A stretch of 32,000 bases of DNA from an uncultured Opitutales bacterium (GTDB lineage Bacteria > Verrucomicrobiota > Verrucomicrobiia > Opitutales > UBA9783): the NCBI GenBank assembly GCA_934691225.1, contig CAKUSQ010000001.1:210001-242000 (forward strand), read 5' to 3'. A program made the position numbers and the translations under genes. Shown piece by piece: positions 17,570-24,751 of the stretch. How positions within the stretch are numbered: position 1 is the stretch's first letter; every line of letters begins with the position of its first letter. The notes under the pieces were generated by a model. That model worked only from the letters and a program-made list of their open reading frames with translations. It ran no database searches and was not told where the DNA came from.

Positions 17570-19214
17570 TTTCATCCACCAAATTAGCTGTAACAAAAAT
17601 AACAAGATTTTTCTTTTGCGAAGTTTGCCCCTTTGAAGTAAACAACTTTCCAAACAAAGGAATAGCGCTTAAAATTGGAATCTTATCATTCGTTTCTTTG
17701 ATTTCTTCTCGCGTTAATCCGCCCATAACTAACGTGGAACCATCTTTCAAAGAAACCTCAGTTTTAATTTTTCTCGTTGAGAATATAGGTTGATAATACC
17801 CGGATTCAAATGCTTGGCTTTTTGTTGCAAATGTCACAACATTGGAACCACCGTATTGAACAAATCCTTCAAACTCCGTCACACAAGGCTCTAATGTTAA
17901 GTGAATTCTATTATCTCCCTCAACCAAAGGAATTACGGTCATTTCAACACCAATATTTCTTGTGGTAAAATTTTCAGGAACACCAGCTAATATGGTAGAT
18001 CCTGCAGAACTATTTTTTTCTGATTTTGAACCAACATCGCTTCGACCATCACGGTAACTTTCAGGATAACGTAATTCCTGAGCTACTACAATTTCAGCTT
18101 TTCTTCCAGACAAAACGGTTACTTTAGGTGCACTCATTAAGTCGGCATCCGAACGCTGCTCTATTGCTTTCAATAAAATATTCATTTGATATTTGTTCAA
18201 GATAGCATTGGCATCCAAAAAATTTCCAATAGAACTTCCTAAATTCAAAATATTCGGAAATTGAGGCATTAAAGAAGTATTTTCACTGTTTTTTAAGTAC
18301 GATTTATTATAATGCAATTGTGCTAAATCTCTTAAACTTGTTTTGGTATCAATTTTTACTTGATTGTTTGCACCAAAGTTTAATTTTAATCCCAATTCTT
18401 CCAAAACGCCTTGCTGCACCTCAAGAAATTTCGTTTCTATTGCAATTTGTTTGCTCTGACGATAAAGTTCTATAACTTTTTCTATTTTTTGTAAACAATC
18501 GATACGATGCGAGACAATAATATTTTGACCATCATAAGCAAAACCAACACCATTTTCCAAAAAATTAATACCGAGTTTTGCGAAAAACATTCGCAATTTG
18601 TCTTCTTCACTTTGTTCATTCTCAGGCTTGTCAACCTCTCGTGCAGTATAACTTAACAGCTGCAAAATACATCCCCGTGACACCGGAAAAACTTTCGTTA
18701 TTACTTTTACAACCTTATTTACTGGGTCACGAAATATAACAGAATTATCTTCAAAAGACATTTCAAAATTCGTCATTTCACGCAAATAATCAAGCAATTT
18801 AACACACGAAATCGACTGAACATTTAAATCAACTGTGGGGGCTTTGTGTTCCGCATCAATTAATATAAAATTCACACCGTCACCTTCCATATCATGAATG
18901 CGGACAATATCTGTTATCACTTTCAATGCTTGATTAAAAGGTAAATCACTAATAGATAATTTAGGAATGATAATGCGGTTTAAACGTTGCTGCAAAGTTA
19001 AAGGTGCAGGTACTTGTTCCAGCGGCTCACTTTCAACAATCTCCTGTTCTTTTACTTGTAATAACGGAATTTGCCAAGTTGATTGAACTTCCTTTAATAA
19101 GGCAGCCTTGGTAACGAAATGCATACTCTTTTCATTACCCAAAACGGTTTGAATAAATATAAAAAAAGTGAGTAAAAAAATCTCACACATCCTATTTTTG
19201 TGCACAAAGTCCAT
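17520..19214 (-). CDS. secretin-family outer-membrane channel (GspD/PilQ-type), copy 2
   Basis: 564 aa with an N-terminal signal sequence. C-terminal secretin signature GSTLVMGGLTREEIKETNDKIPILSAIPLFGKLFTSKGQTSQKKNLVIFVTANLV. Confidence 0.85.
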   Translation of the reverse strand: MDFVHKNRMCEIFLLTFFIFIQTVLGNEKSMHFVTKAALLKEVQSTWQIPLLQVKEQEIVESEPLEQVPAPLTLQQRLNRIIIPKLSISDLPFNQALKVITDIVRIHDMEGDGVNFILIDAEHKAPTVDLNVQSISCVKLLDYLREMTNFEMSFEDNSVIFRDPVNKVVKVITKVFPVSRGCILQLLSYTAREVDKPENEQSEEDKLRMFFAKLGINFLENGVGFAYDGQNIIVSHRIDCLQKIEKVIELYRQSKQIAIETKFLEVQQGVLEELGLKLNFGANNQVKIDTKTSLRDLAQLHYNKSYLKNSENTSLMPQFPNILNLGSSIGNFLDANAILNKYQMNILLKAIEQRSDADLMSAPKVTVLSGRKAEIVVAQELRYPESYRDGRSDVGSKSEKNSSAGSTILAGVPENFTTRNIGVEMTVIPLVEGDNRIHLTLEPCVTEFEGFVQYGGSNVVTFATKSQAFESGYYQPIFSTRKIKTEVSLKDGSTLVMGGLTREEIKETNDKIPILSAIPLFGKLFTSKGQTSQKKNLVIFVTANLVDENGKHFMSKEMPLEKRL

Positions 19215-19251
19215 TATCTATAACAAGAAACATTGACACAAAAACCCTGTA

Positions 19252-19284
19252 CGTTAAAAGATGTAGATTACATGTAAAATCTAC
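19252..19284 (-). terminator. weak hairpin with short U-tract between the pilin and secretin genes (possible attenuator or partial terminator)
   Basis: Minus-strand GTAGATT-TTACATGT-AATCTAC (19284-19263) followed by ATCTTTTAAC. The 7-bp stem is AT-rich, so the signal is weak. Confidence 0.3.
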
Positions 19285-19307
19285 TCAAGCAAAATGTAAA
19301 AAAATAT

Positions 19308-19886
19308 TCAATAATAACGATTTTTATATATTTCCAATTCGTTTTTTATTAATTTCAAATTTATTTCATTAAAAAGAACCGTATTATCATAACAACTACC
19401 AGCTCCATATCGTTTGTTTAATAAATTTTTCTTTTCTTGATTGTTCCAGCCATAAATACCCAATCCAAATGCAAACAGATTAATACCACTTGCATAATTG
19501 AGCCAATTCTCAAAATCATACCCTGTCCCCTGATAAGGTACAATTTTAAACGTATACTGACCCTCGCCATTATCTTTTTTATCGGTTATATAACCGGGGA
19601 AAGCCCAAGCTATTGCGCCCTCAAGTTGCCCTGTATTTCCATCTTTAGGAAACTCATTGTGAATCAAATAATACGAACGAAAACCATTTATTAAGATATC
19701 AATTTCTTCAAAGGTTGTTTTCATCTTCATATCTTGGTAACATTTTCGAAATGAAGGAACTGCCACTGAACTTACAATAGCAATAATACCAATCACAACT
19801 AACATTTCAATAAGGGTAAAACCACCATGTTTTGAGGTATGTTTAGCTAAAATGCTACCGTGTTTAGACAATATTACAGCACACAT
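19308..19886 (-). CDS. prepilin-type N-terminal cleavage/methylation domain protein (type IV pilin / pseudopilin-like)
   Basis: 192 aa. MCAVILSKHGSILAKHTSKHGG|FTLIEMLVVIGIIAIVSSVAVPSF gives the canonical G|F-T-L-I-E processing motif and hydrophobic alpha1 helix. It lacks the GspG-type core motifs I know. Confidence 0.85.
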   Translation of the reverse strand: MCAVILSKHGSILAKHTSKHGGFTLIEMLVVIGIIAIVSSVAVPSFRKCYQDMKMKTTFEEIDILINGFRSYYLIHNEFPKDGNTGQLEGAIAWAFPGYITDKKDNGEGQYTFKIVPYQGTGYDFENWLNYASGINLFAFGLGIYGWNNQEKKNLLNKRYGAGSCYDNTVLFNEINLKLIKNELEIYKNRYY

Positions 19887-19892
19887 AGTGTT

Positions 19893-19921
19893 AGTATAAT
19901 CAAAAAACAGGCGTTTTACAA
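19893..19921 (-). promoter_or_regulatory. candidate sigma70-type promoter placing the TSS on the pilin ATG (leaderless configuration)
   Basis: On the minus strand: TTGTAA (19921-19916), 17-nt spacer, TATACT (19898-19893), then 6 nt (AACACT), then the ATG at 19886. Confidence 0.45.
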
Positions 19922-19946
19922 GTGCTTTAAATTTTTGTCATGAAAA

Positions 19947-20318
19947 TCATTCTAAAATGGCTACTGCTAAAGCAAAATCAACCGAATGTGACAATGATAT
20001 ACGAACTCCTTTTATCCCTAACGTTTGCGATAAATTTTTACCCAATGCATCCAAAACTACATATGGACACCCTAATTCATTGTTAAGGATCTCCGCAGAA
20101 TTCCATTTAAAAAGACTCCCCATACCTACGCCGAAAGCTTTAGATACAGCTTCTTTAGCAGCAAAACGAACAGCTAAACTTGGAAAAGGATTTATCTTCT
20201 TGTAACAAAACTCCCATTCCCTCTCCGTAAAAATGCGTCCTTTACAAAAATCACCATACTTTTGAACAAAGTTTTTTACACGTCCAATTTCTATAATATC
20301 TGTACCAACGGCTACCAT
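19947..20318 (-). CDS. acpS: holo-[acyl-carrier-protein] synthase
   Basis: MVAVGTDIIEIGRV N-terminus, plus FAAKEAVSKA and ISLSHS motifs. I prefer the ATG at 20318, 1 nt after the prfB stop. The track's longer ORF would overlap prfB by about 100 nt. Confidence 0.88.
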   Translation of the reverse strand: MVAVGTDIIEIGRVKNFVQKYGDFCKGRIFTEREWEFCYKKINPFPSLAVRFAAKEAVSKAFGVGMGSLFKWNSAEILNNELGCPYVVLDALGKNLSQTLGIKGVRISLSHSVDFALAVAILE

Positions 20319-20319
20319 T

Positions 20320-21456
20320 TTATTGACGTGTACGGGGTTGACCTCCACGCAACCAAGCTTCAATGAACAAATCGATATCGCCATCCATAACCGCTTGTAC
20401 ATTACCAGTTTCAACATTCGTTCTCAAATCCTTCACCATTTGATAAGGTTGAAATACGTAACTTCGAATTTGATAGCCCCAACCAATTTCTCCTTTTTCA
20501 CCATAAAAACGCTCCATCGCAGACCGTTTTTCATCCTGCATTTTCTCATAAATACGAGCCTTCAACACTTTCATTGCAGTAGCTCGATTCTTGATTTGCG
20601 AACGTTCGTTTTGACAAGTAACAACAATACCTGTAGGAAAGTGTGTAATGCGAACGGCAGACTCTGTTTTATTAACATGCTGACCACCTTTACCACTTGC
20701 ACGATAAGTATCAACACGAATATCTTTATCTTCAACCGGTACCTCAATATCATCGTTCAATTCAGCCACCACATCAACGGCACAAAACGAAGTATGCCGT
20801 TTTCGATTAGCATCAAACGGACTGATTCTTACTAAACGATGAACCCCTCTTTCGGCTTTCAAATACCCATATGCATTAGGCCCTGAAACCACAAAAGTAA
20901 CCTTACTGATACCCGCTTCCTCACCATCTTGAATAGCTTGAATATCGGTAATAAAACCTTTACGTTCCGCCCAACGGAGATACATTCTAAAAACCATCTG
21001 GGTCCAATCACAAGCCTCGGTTCCACCGGCTCCCGCATGAATAGTTACAATTGCATTATTAGCGTCCATTGGTCCTGACAAAAAAGCTTGCAATTCCATT
21101 GTATCCACCAGTTTTTTTGCTTTTTCAATCGATGCATCTAGTTCTTGTAACCAAACTTGCTCTTCATCTGCCTGTAAATCGTTACCTTTGCACATTTCAA
21201 AGATTTCTTGTAAGTTTTCAAAAATCTTCTTTCCATCTTGTACAATCATCAAAGAACGTTCTAGTTCTTTTGCCTCCTTTTGTAAGGCTTGCGCTTTCTC
21301 CAAATTATCATTCTGCCAAAAGGTATCATCTGCCAACTGATTTTGAATATCCTTCAGGCGTTGTTCTCGATTCTCTACTTGAAAAAAAGCTAAAATCTTA
21401 CTCCAACGCTCTGACAAAGTTGCCATAATTTCCTTTTTATCAACATCTAATATCAT
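20320..21456 (-). CDS. prfB: peptide chain release factor 2 (single uninterrupted frame)
   Basis: SPF tripeptide (RISPFDANRKRHTSF) and GGQ motif (RASGKGGQHVNKTESAVRITH). The N-terminus aligns in length with E. coli RF2 from the ATG at 21456 (alternative ATG at 21426). There is no in-frame stop at the usual frameshift position. Confidence 0.92.
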   Translation of the reverse strand: MILDVDKKEIMATLSERWSKILAFFQVENREQRLKDIQNQLADDTFWQNDNLEKAQALQKEAKELERSLMIVQDGKKIFENLQEIFEMCKGNDLQADEEQVWLQELDASIEKAKKLVDTMELQAFLSGPMDANNAIVTIHAGAGGTEACDWTQMVFRMYLRWAERKGFITDIQAIQDGEEAGISKVTFVVSGPNAYGYLKAERGVHRLVRISPFDANRKRHTSFCAVDVVAELNDDIEVPVEDKDIRVDTYRASGKGGQHVNKTESAVRITHFPTGIVVTCQNERSQIKNRATAMKVLKARIYEKMQDEKRSAMERFYGEKGEIGWGYQIRSYVFQPYQMVKDLRTNVETGNVQAVMDGDIDLFIEAWLRGGQPRTRQ

Positions 21457-21570
21457 AAGCTACTCTTGAAACGCTCTTTAAAAGATAACATACGCCAAAA
21501 ACATACGTCAAGCTTTAACCTTAACACATAATTTAATACCTTTTTCTCTCGTTAAATTTTCGAAAAATGA

Positions 21571-21600
21571 TTTACAAAAAGTTATCAAACGTTCTAAATT
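21571..21600 (+). promoter_or_regulatory. candidate promoter immediately upstream of the 163-aa ORF (leaderless or near-leaderless)
   Basis: TTTACA (21571-21576), 18-nt spacer, TAAATT (21595-21600), then 6 nt to the ATG at 21607. Alternative: 17-nt spacer with CTAAAT. Confidence 0.35.
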
Positions 21601-21606
21601 TGAAAT

Positions 21607-22098
21607 ATGGCAAAAGTAGATTTAGAATTGGTTAAGCGCATACTCAAACGGGCTGACATAGAAAACAACATTTTAAGTGAAATTATGGGTGAGCTGCAAT
21701 CGGCTGTTAATGAAGATAACACTACCGATGAACCCAAAGCAATTCCTCAGAAAAAACAATTTGTTGTATTAGTTGCTGACAACGAAGGCGTTTTATCAGA
21801 CAAAGAACTGGTTGGCTGGGTTCTTCAATTGCCAGAAGATGAACCTATGACATCCGTTTCTGAAAAAATAACACGCGTTGCCAAAGCCTTCAATTTATCA
21901 AAAAAAGGACGGCGTTATCCAGTAGCTACCGTTGGAGAAACTTGCGAAAATGTATCTAGCCGCATTTTCAAAGAACAAAAACTATGGTTAAAAACCAAAG
22001 AACCTGTGTTGCTTGTACCTATTCAAAATCAACTTGAATTAGATAAAGTTGAACTAAAAGATTTTAATGACAATTTCAGTCATGAAGATGTTTTTTAA
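21607..22098 (+). CDS. hypothetical protein
   Basis: 163-aa ORF, soluble and acidic, with no motif I recognise. First gene of the plus-strand block ahead of tRNA-Leu and serS. Confidence 0.55.
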   Translation: MAKVDLELVKRILKRADIENNILSEIMGELQSAVNEDNTTDEPKAIPQKKQFVVLVADNEGVLSDKELVGWVLQLPEDEPMTSVSEKITRVAKAFNLSKKGRRYPVATVGETCENVSSRIFKEQKLWLKTKEPVLLVPIQNQLELDKVELKDFNDNFSHEDVF

Positions 22099-22192
22099 AT
22101 CAAACACAATGTTTAATGCATGTTAAAATTTTTCACTTTAGCATTGCGTTTAACATTTATGTACTTTTTACTCAAATATAACCCTTTTATGT

Positions 22193-22276
22193 GCTTAGGT
22201 GGTGGAATGGTAGACACACACGTTTGAGGGGCGTGTGCCGAGAGGCGTGGGGGTTCGAGTCCCCTCTTAAGCACCA
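22193..22276 (+). tRNA. tRNA-Leu (anticodon GAG)
   Basis: 84-nt class II tRNA. Acceptor GCTTAGG/CTTAAGC, D arm GTG-GAATGGTAGA-CAC (parallels the Leu-TAA gene), anticodon stem CACGT/GCGTG with loop TTGAGGG (U33, G37), variable arm GCC-GAGA-GGC, T arm GGGGG-TTCGAGT-CCCCT, discriminator A plus CCA. Confidence 0.85.
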
Positions 22277-22283
22277 GAATCTT

Positions 22284-23552
22284 ATGTTAGACATTCATCA
22301 ATTTCGTTCGTCGTTTGACGAAGTTCAACGTGGAATCTCAACCAAACACTTTCAATGTGATTTAAATAAAGTTCGTACGTTAGACCAGCAACGTATCTCT
22401 TGTCTAAAAGCATTCGAAGCTGCACGGGCTCAGCAACAATTAGCTAACAAAACTATAGCTGCTTTGGACAAAAAATCAGAAGCATTTCGTTCTGCTATTG
22501 CTCAACTTAAAACTTTATCGGAAGAAACTAAACGTCTTGAAGAAGCTTATAAATCAGCGGATCAAGCGTTTATGCAAGAATGGTTAACAGTTCCCAATAT
22601 ACCCGACGTCTCTGTACCTATCGGCAAAACGTCTCAGGATAATCAAGAACTTTATCAGTGGCATCCTAAAAAAGAAGATTTTCAATATGCGTGCCCTCAT
22701 TACGACATTCCTAACTTCGATCGTTGGTTGGACTTTGGTCGCGGGACAAAAGTTATGGGTGCAGGATTTCCTTTTTATGTAGGACCTGTAGCACGTCTTG
22801 TACGCGCACTTATCACATTTTTCCTGGATGAAGCTCGAAAAAATGGATACACGGAATTATTAACCCCTTTATTAGTTAATGCAGCGAGCGCAACTGCTAC
22901 CGGTCAATTACCGGATAAAGAAGGACAAATGTACAGCACAGGTGATGGCTATCTTATACCCACGGCGGAAGTTCCCGTTACCAATTTTATTCGCAATGAA
23001 ATTCTGAATGAAACAGATTTGCCAAAAAAATGTTGTGCTTACTCTTCTTGTTTTCGACGAGAAGCAGGAAGTTGGGGCAAAGATGTTCGCGGCCTTAATC
23101 GTCTACATCAATTTGACAAGGTTGAACTCGTGCAATGGGTTCATCCTGAAAAAAGTTTGTCGGCGCTTGAACAATTACGTAAAGATGCTGAATCGCTTCT
23201 ACAAAAACTTGAACTGCCATATCGTGTATTAGCTATTTGTACGGGTGACATGGGATTTCCGCATGCTAAACAGTACGATCTAGAGGTTTGGGCCGCTGGA
23301 CAAAAGCGCTGGTTAGAAGTTTCAAGTTGCAGCTGTTTTACCGATTTCCAAGCACGTCGTGCAAATATTCGTTACCGAACAAAAGATGGAAGTTTACAAT
23401 TTGTTCATACCCTTAACGGTTCCGGATTAGCTGTACCGCGCGTCTTAGCAGCTATCCTTGAAAATTATTATCAAACATCTGGTTGCGTTAAAATTCCTAC
23501 CGTCTTACACAAATGGCTTCCAGAGGAAGAAATCAATTTCTCAGATAAATGA
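22284..23552 (+). CDS. serS: seryl-tRNA synthetase
   Basis: N-terminal coiled-coil arm. Class II motifs NRLHQFDKVE and TLNGSGLAVPRVLAAILENY. The track ORF starts at a GTG at 22191 inside the tRNA. The true start is the ATG at 22284 (MLDIHQFRS...). Confidence 0.93.
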   Translation: MLDIHQFRSSFDEVQRGISTKHFQCDLNKVRTLDQQRISCLKAFEAARAQQQLANKTIAALDKKSEAFRSAIAQLKTLSEETKRLEEAYKSADQAFMQEWLTVPNIPDVSVPIGKTSQDNQELYQWHPKKEDFQYACPHYDIPNFDRWLDFGRGTKVMGAGFPFYVGPVARLVRALITFFLDEARKNGYTELLTPLLVNAASATATGQLPDKEGQMYSTGDGYLIPTAEVPVTNFIRNEILNETDLPKKCCAYSSCFRREAGSWGKDVRGLNRLHQFDKVELVQWVHPEKSLSALEQLRKDAESLLQKLELPYRVLAICTGDMGFPHAKQYDLEVWAAGQKRWLEVSSCSCFTDFQARRANIRYRTKDGSLQFVHTLNGSGLAVPRVLAAILENYYQTSGCVKIPTVLHKWLPEEEINFSDK

Positions 23553-23600
23553 TTTAAAAATAAGGTTGACCTTTTGCGTAAAAGAACGAATAATATTGGC

Positions 23601-24458
23601 ATGAAATTTGTAAAGCAATTATCATTAATCGGTTCTTCCGTATTGCTAACCTCGCCTTTGTTCAGCGATAATAATGCTGAAGCAAAAGCATCTGCCGAAG
23701 CTGATAAAACAGTTGAAGTAAAGTCTGTCGCTGAAACAGCTGCTAAAGCAACTGAAGTCGAACCTACCCAAGAACAAAAATTATCCTACTTCAAAACATT
23801 GGGTTGGATGACAGTTATGCAAAGCGGAATAAAAAACTTGGGAACTGATGACAAAGAAAAAGAAGCTTTTCTTCAAGGAGCATCGTTAGCCATAGAAGAT
23901 AAAGATTCTCCTTGCAAATTGGGTGATGTAATGGAATCTATGCAAAAATTTCTTCAAAAAAGATCTGAAGATTACGCTAAAAAACATCAAGAGGAATTAA
24001 AAGTGATTGCTGAAAAAAATCGTAAAGCTGGTCAAGAATTTATGACCAACATCAAAAAGAATGATGCGGACATCAAAACAACTTCCACAGGATTAAGTTA
24101 CAAAATTCTTGCCGAAGGTGATAAAAAAATCAAGGCTTCTGATGAAGATACAGTTGAAATTTTCTATACCGGTAAGCTCATTGATGGTAAAGTTTTTGAT
24201 GAATCCAAACATAAAGATCCGATCAGTTTTCCATTAAACGGTGTTGTTCCAGGCATCAAGGAAGGTTTACAATTGATCGGCCAAGGTGGAAAAGTTACAC
24301 TTTACATTCCTGATAATTTAGCTTACGGTGAATACGATATTCCTAGCATTCCCGCAGGTTCACTTTTAGTTTTCGATGTAGAACTTGTAAAAGTAATCAA
24401 AACTGAAAAGCCTGTTGCAGATGCAGGAAATAAAGTTAAAGAAGCCGAAGCTAAATAA
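23601..24458 (+). CDS. FKBP-type peptidyl-prolyl cis-trans isomerase (Mip/FkpA-like), secreted
   Basis: ATG at 23601 gives the signal peptide MKFVKQLSLIGSSVLLTSPLFS. C-terminal FKBP domain VEIFYTGKLIDGKVFDES...VPGIKEGLQLIGQGGKVTLYIPDNLAYG...LVFDVELVKV. Confidence 0.9.
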   Translation: MKFVKQLSLIGSSVLLTSPLFSDNNAEAKASAEADKTVEVKSVAETAAKATEVEPTQEQKLSYFKTLGWMTVMQSGIKNLGTDDKEKEAFLQGASLAIEDKDSPCKLGDVMESMQKFLQKRSEDYAKKHQEELKVIAEKNRKAGQEFMTNIKKNDADIKTTSTGLSYKILAEGDKKIKASDEDTVEIFYTGKLIDGKVFDESKHKDPISFPLNGVVPGIKEGLQLIGQGGKVTLYIPDNLAYGEYDIPSIPAGSLLVFDVELVKVIKTEKPVADAGNKVKEAEAK

Positions 24459-24481
24459 ATTTATTCATGTATTCATTGTTA

Positions 24482-24509
24482 AACACCGAAGTCTATTCGG
24501 TGTTTTTTT
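24482..24509 (+). terminator. rho-independent terminator
   Basis: 9-bp stem AACACCGAA/TTCGGTGTT (24482-24490 with 24496-24504), 5-nt loop, T-run to 24509. Confidence 0.8.
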
Positions 24510-24510
24510 A

Positions 24511-24539
24511 TTGCAAACGTAAACAATAATGTCTTTAAT
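24511..24539 (+). promoter_or_regulatory. candidate sigma70-type promoter for the structured element
   Basis: TTGCAA (24511-24516), 17-nt spacer, TTTAAT (24534-24539). The predicted +1 at 24546 is the first base of the closing helix of the downstream element. Confidence 0.4.
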
Positions 24540-24545
24540 TAAAAA

Positions 24546-24746
24546 GAAGGGTTCGAACTTAGGAAAACGCAGTTCATTAGAGCGTAAAATTATCCTGAGA
24601 TCTATACTTACGGGATTTCCGGTGTAAAATAGCTGTTAAGCCCTCTAGAAGGGACAACAAAAGTTTTACCAAGTTAACCCACCTATAAATACAAGAGGTA
24701 TAATTTTCCCTCTCAAACGTTTTTTTCAGTTCGATTTAAACCCTTC
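24546..24746 (+). ncRNA. candidate structured small RNA, a rod-like ~200-nt imperfect hairpin (6S-like architecture; identity unknown)
   Basis: Nested helices read from the sequence: 24546-24553/24739-24746 (8 bp), 24554-24559/24728-24733 (6 bp), 24561-24569/24718-24726 (9 bp including 2 G-U), 24586-24593/24700-24707 (8 bp), plus an apical hairpin 24641-24644/24650-24653. It lies between two convergent terminators. The G-U pairs favour the plus sense. Confidence 0.35.
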
Positions 24747-24751
24747 CTTAT

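Noticed and set aside
17368-17793. 141-aa plus-strand ORF spanning the secretin / unknown-protein junction
   Set aside because: It is antisense to two coding regions with clear protein features. It has no start context or recognisable features of its own.
20323-20835. 170-aa plus-strand ORF (also 20571-20753 and 21069-21428) inside the prfB locus
   Set aside because: These lie entirely within the well-supported prfB gene, on the opposite strand or in another frame. Their translations are low-complexity with no motifs. They look like ORFs that arise by chance opposite a real gene.
21300-21456. Expected programmed +1 frameshift site in prfB
   Set aside because: The N-terminus aligns with E. 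coli RF2, but the frame is continuous (…AFFQVENREQRL…) with no in-frame TGA. Frameshift-less prfB genes are known in many lineages, so this is neither an anomaly nor a pseudogene.
22193-22276. Reading this tRNA as tRNA-Ser (anticodon TGA)
   Set aside because: Shifting the anticodon loop by one base gives TGA. However, alignment with the Leu-TAA gene, the 5-bp stem CACGT/GCGTG, G37 and discriminator A73 all favour Leu (GAG).
22191-22283. N-terminal extension of the serS ORF starting at GTG 22191
   Set aside because: The extension is simply the tRNA-Leu gene translated. The real start is the ATG at 22284. For similar reasons I trimmed the 5' extensions of acpS, ruvC, gspF, gspD, the LysM and TPR lipoproteins, thrS, dnaE and the FKBP gene.
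24529-24627. 32-codon ORF (MSLIKKKGSNLGKRSSLERKIILRSILTGFPV) in the FKBP-gspF spacer
   Set aside because: It has no Shine-Dalgarno and overlaps the -10 of the candidate promoter. It covers only one arm of the long hairpin, so the extensive nested base-pairing explains the region better. It remains an untested alternative.
24546-24746. Identifying the structured element as tmRNA, RNase P RNA or SRP RNA
   Set aside because: It lacks the tRNA-like acceptor/CCA end and tag ORF of tmRNA, the GAGGAAAGUCC-type P4 motif of RNase P, and the GGAA-tetraloop helix 8 of SRP RNA. The GGTTCGAAC stretch resembles a T-loop, but it is base-paired within the closing helix.
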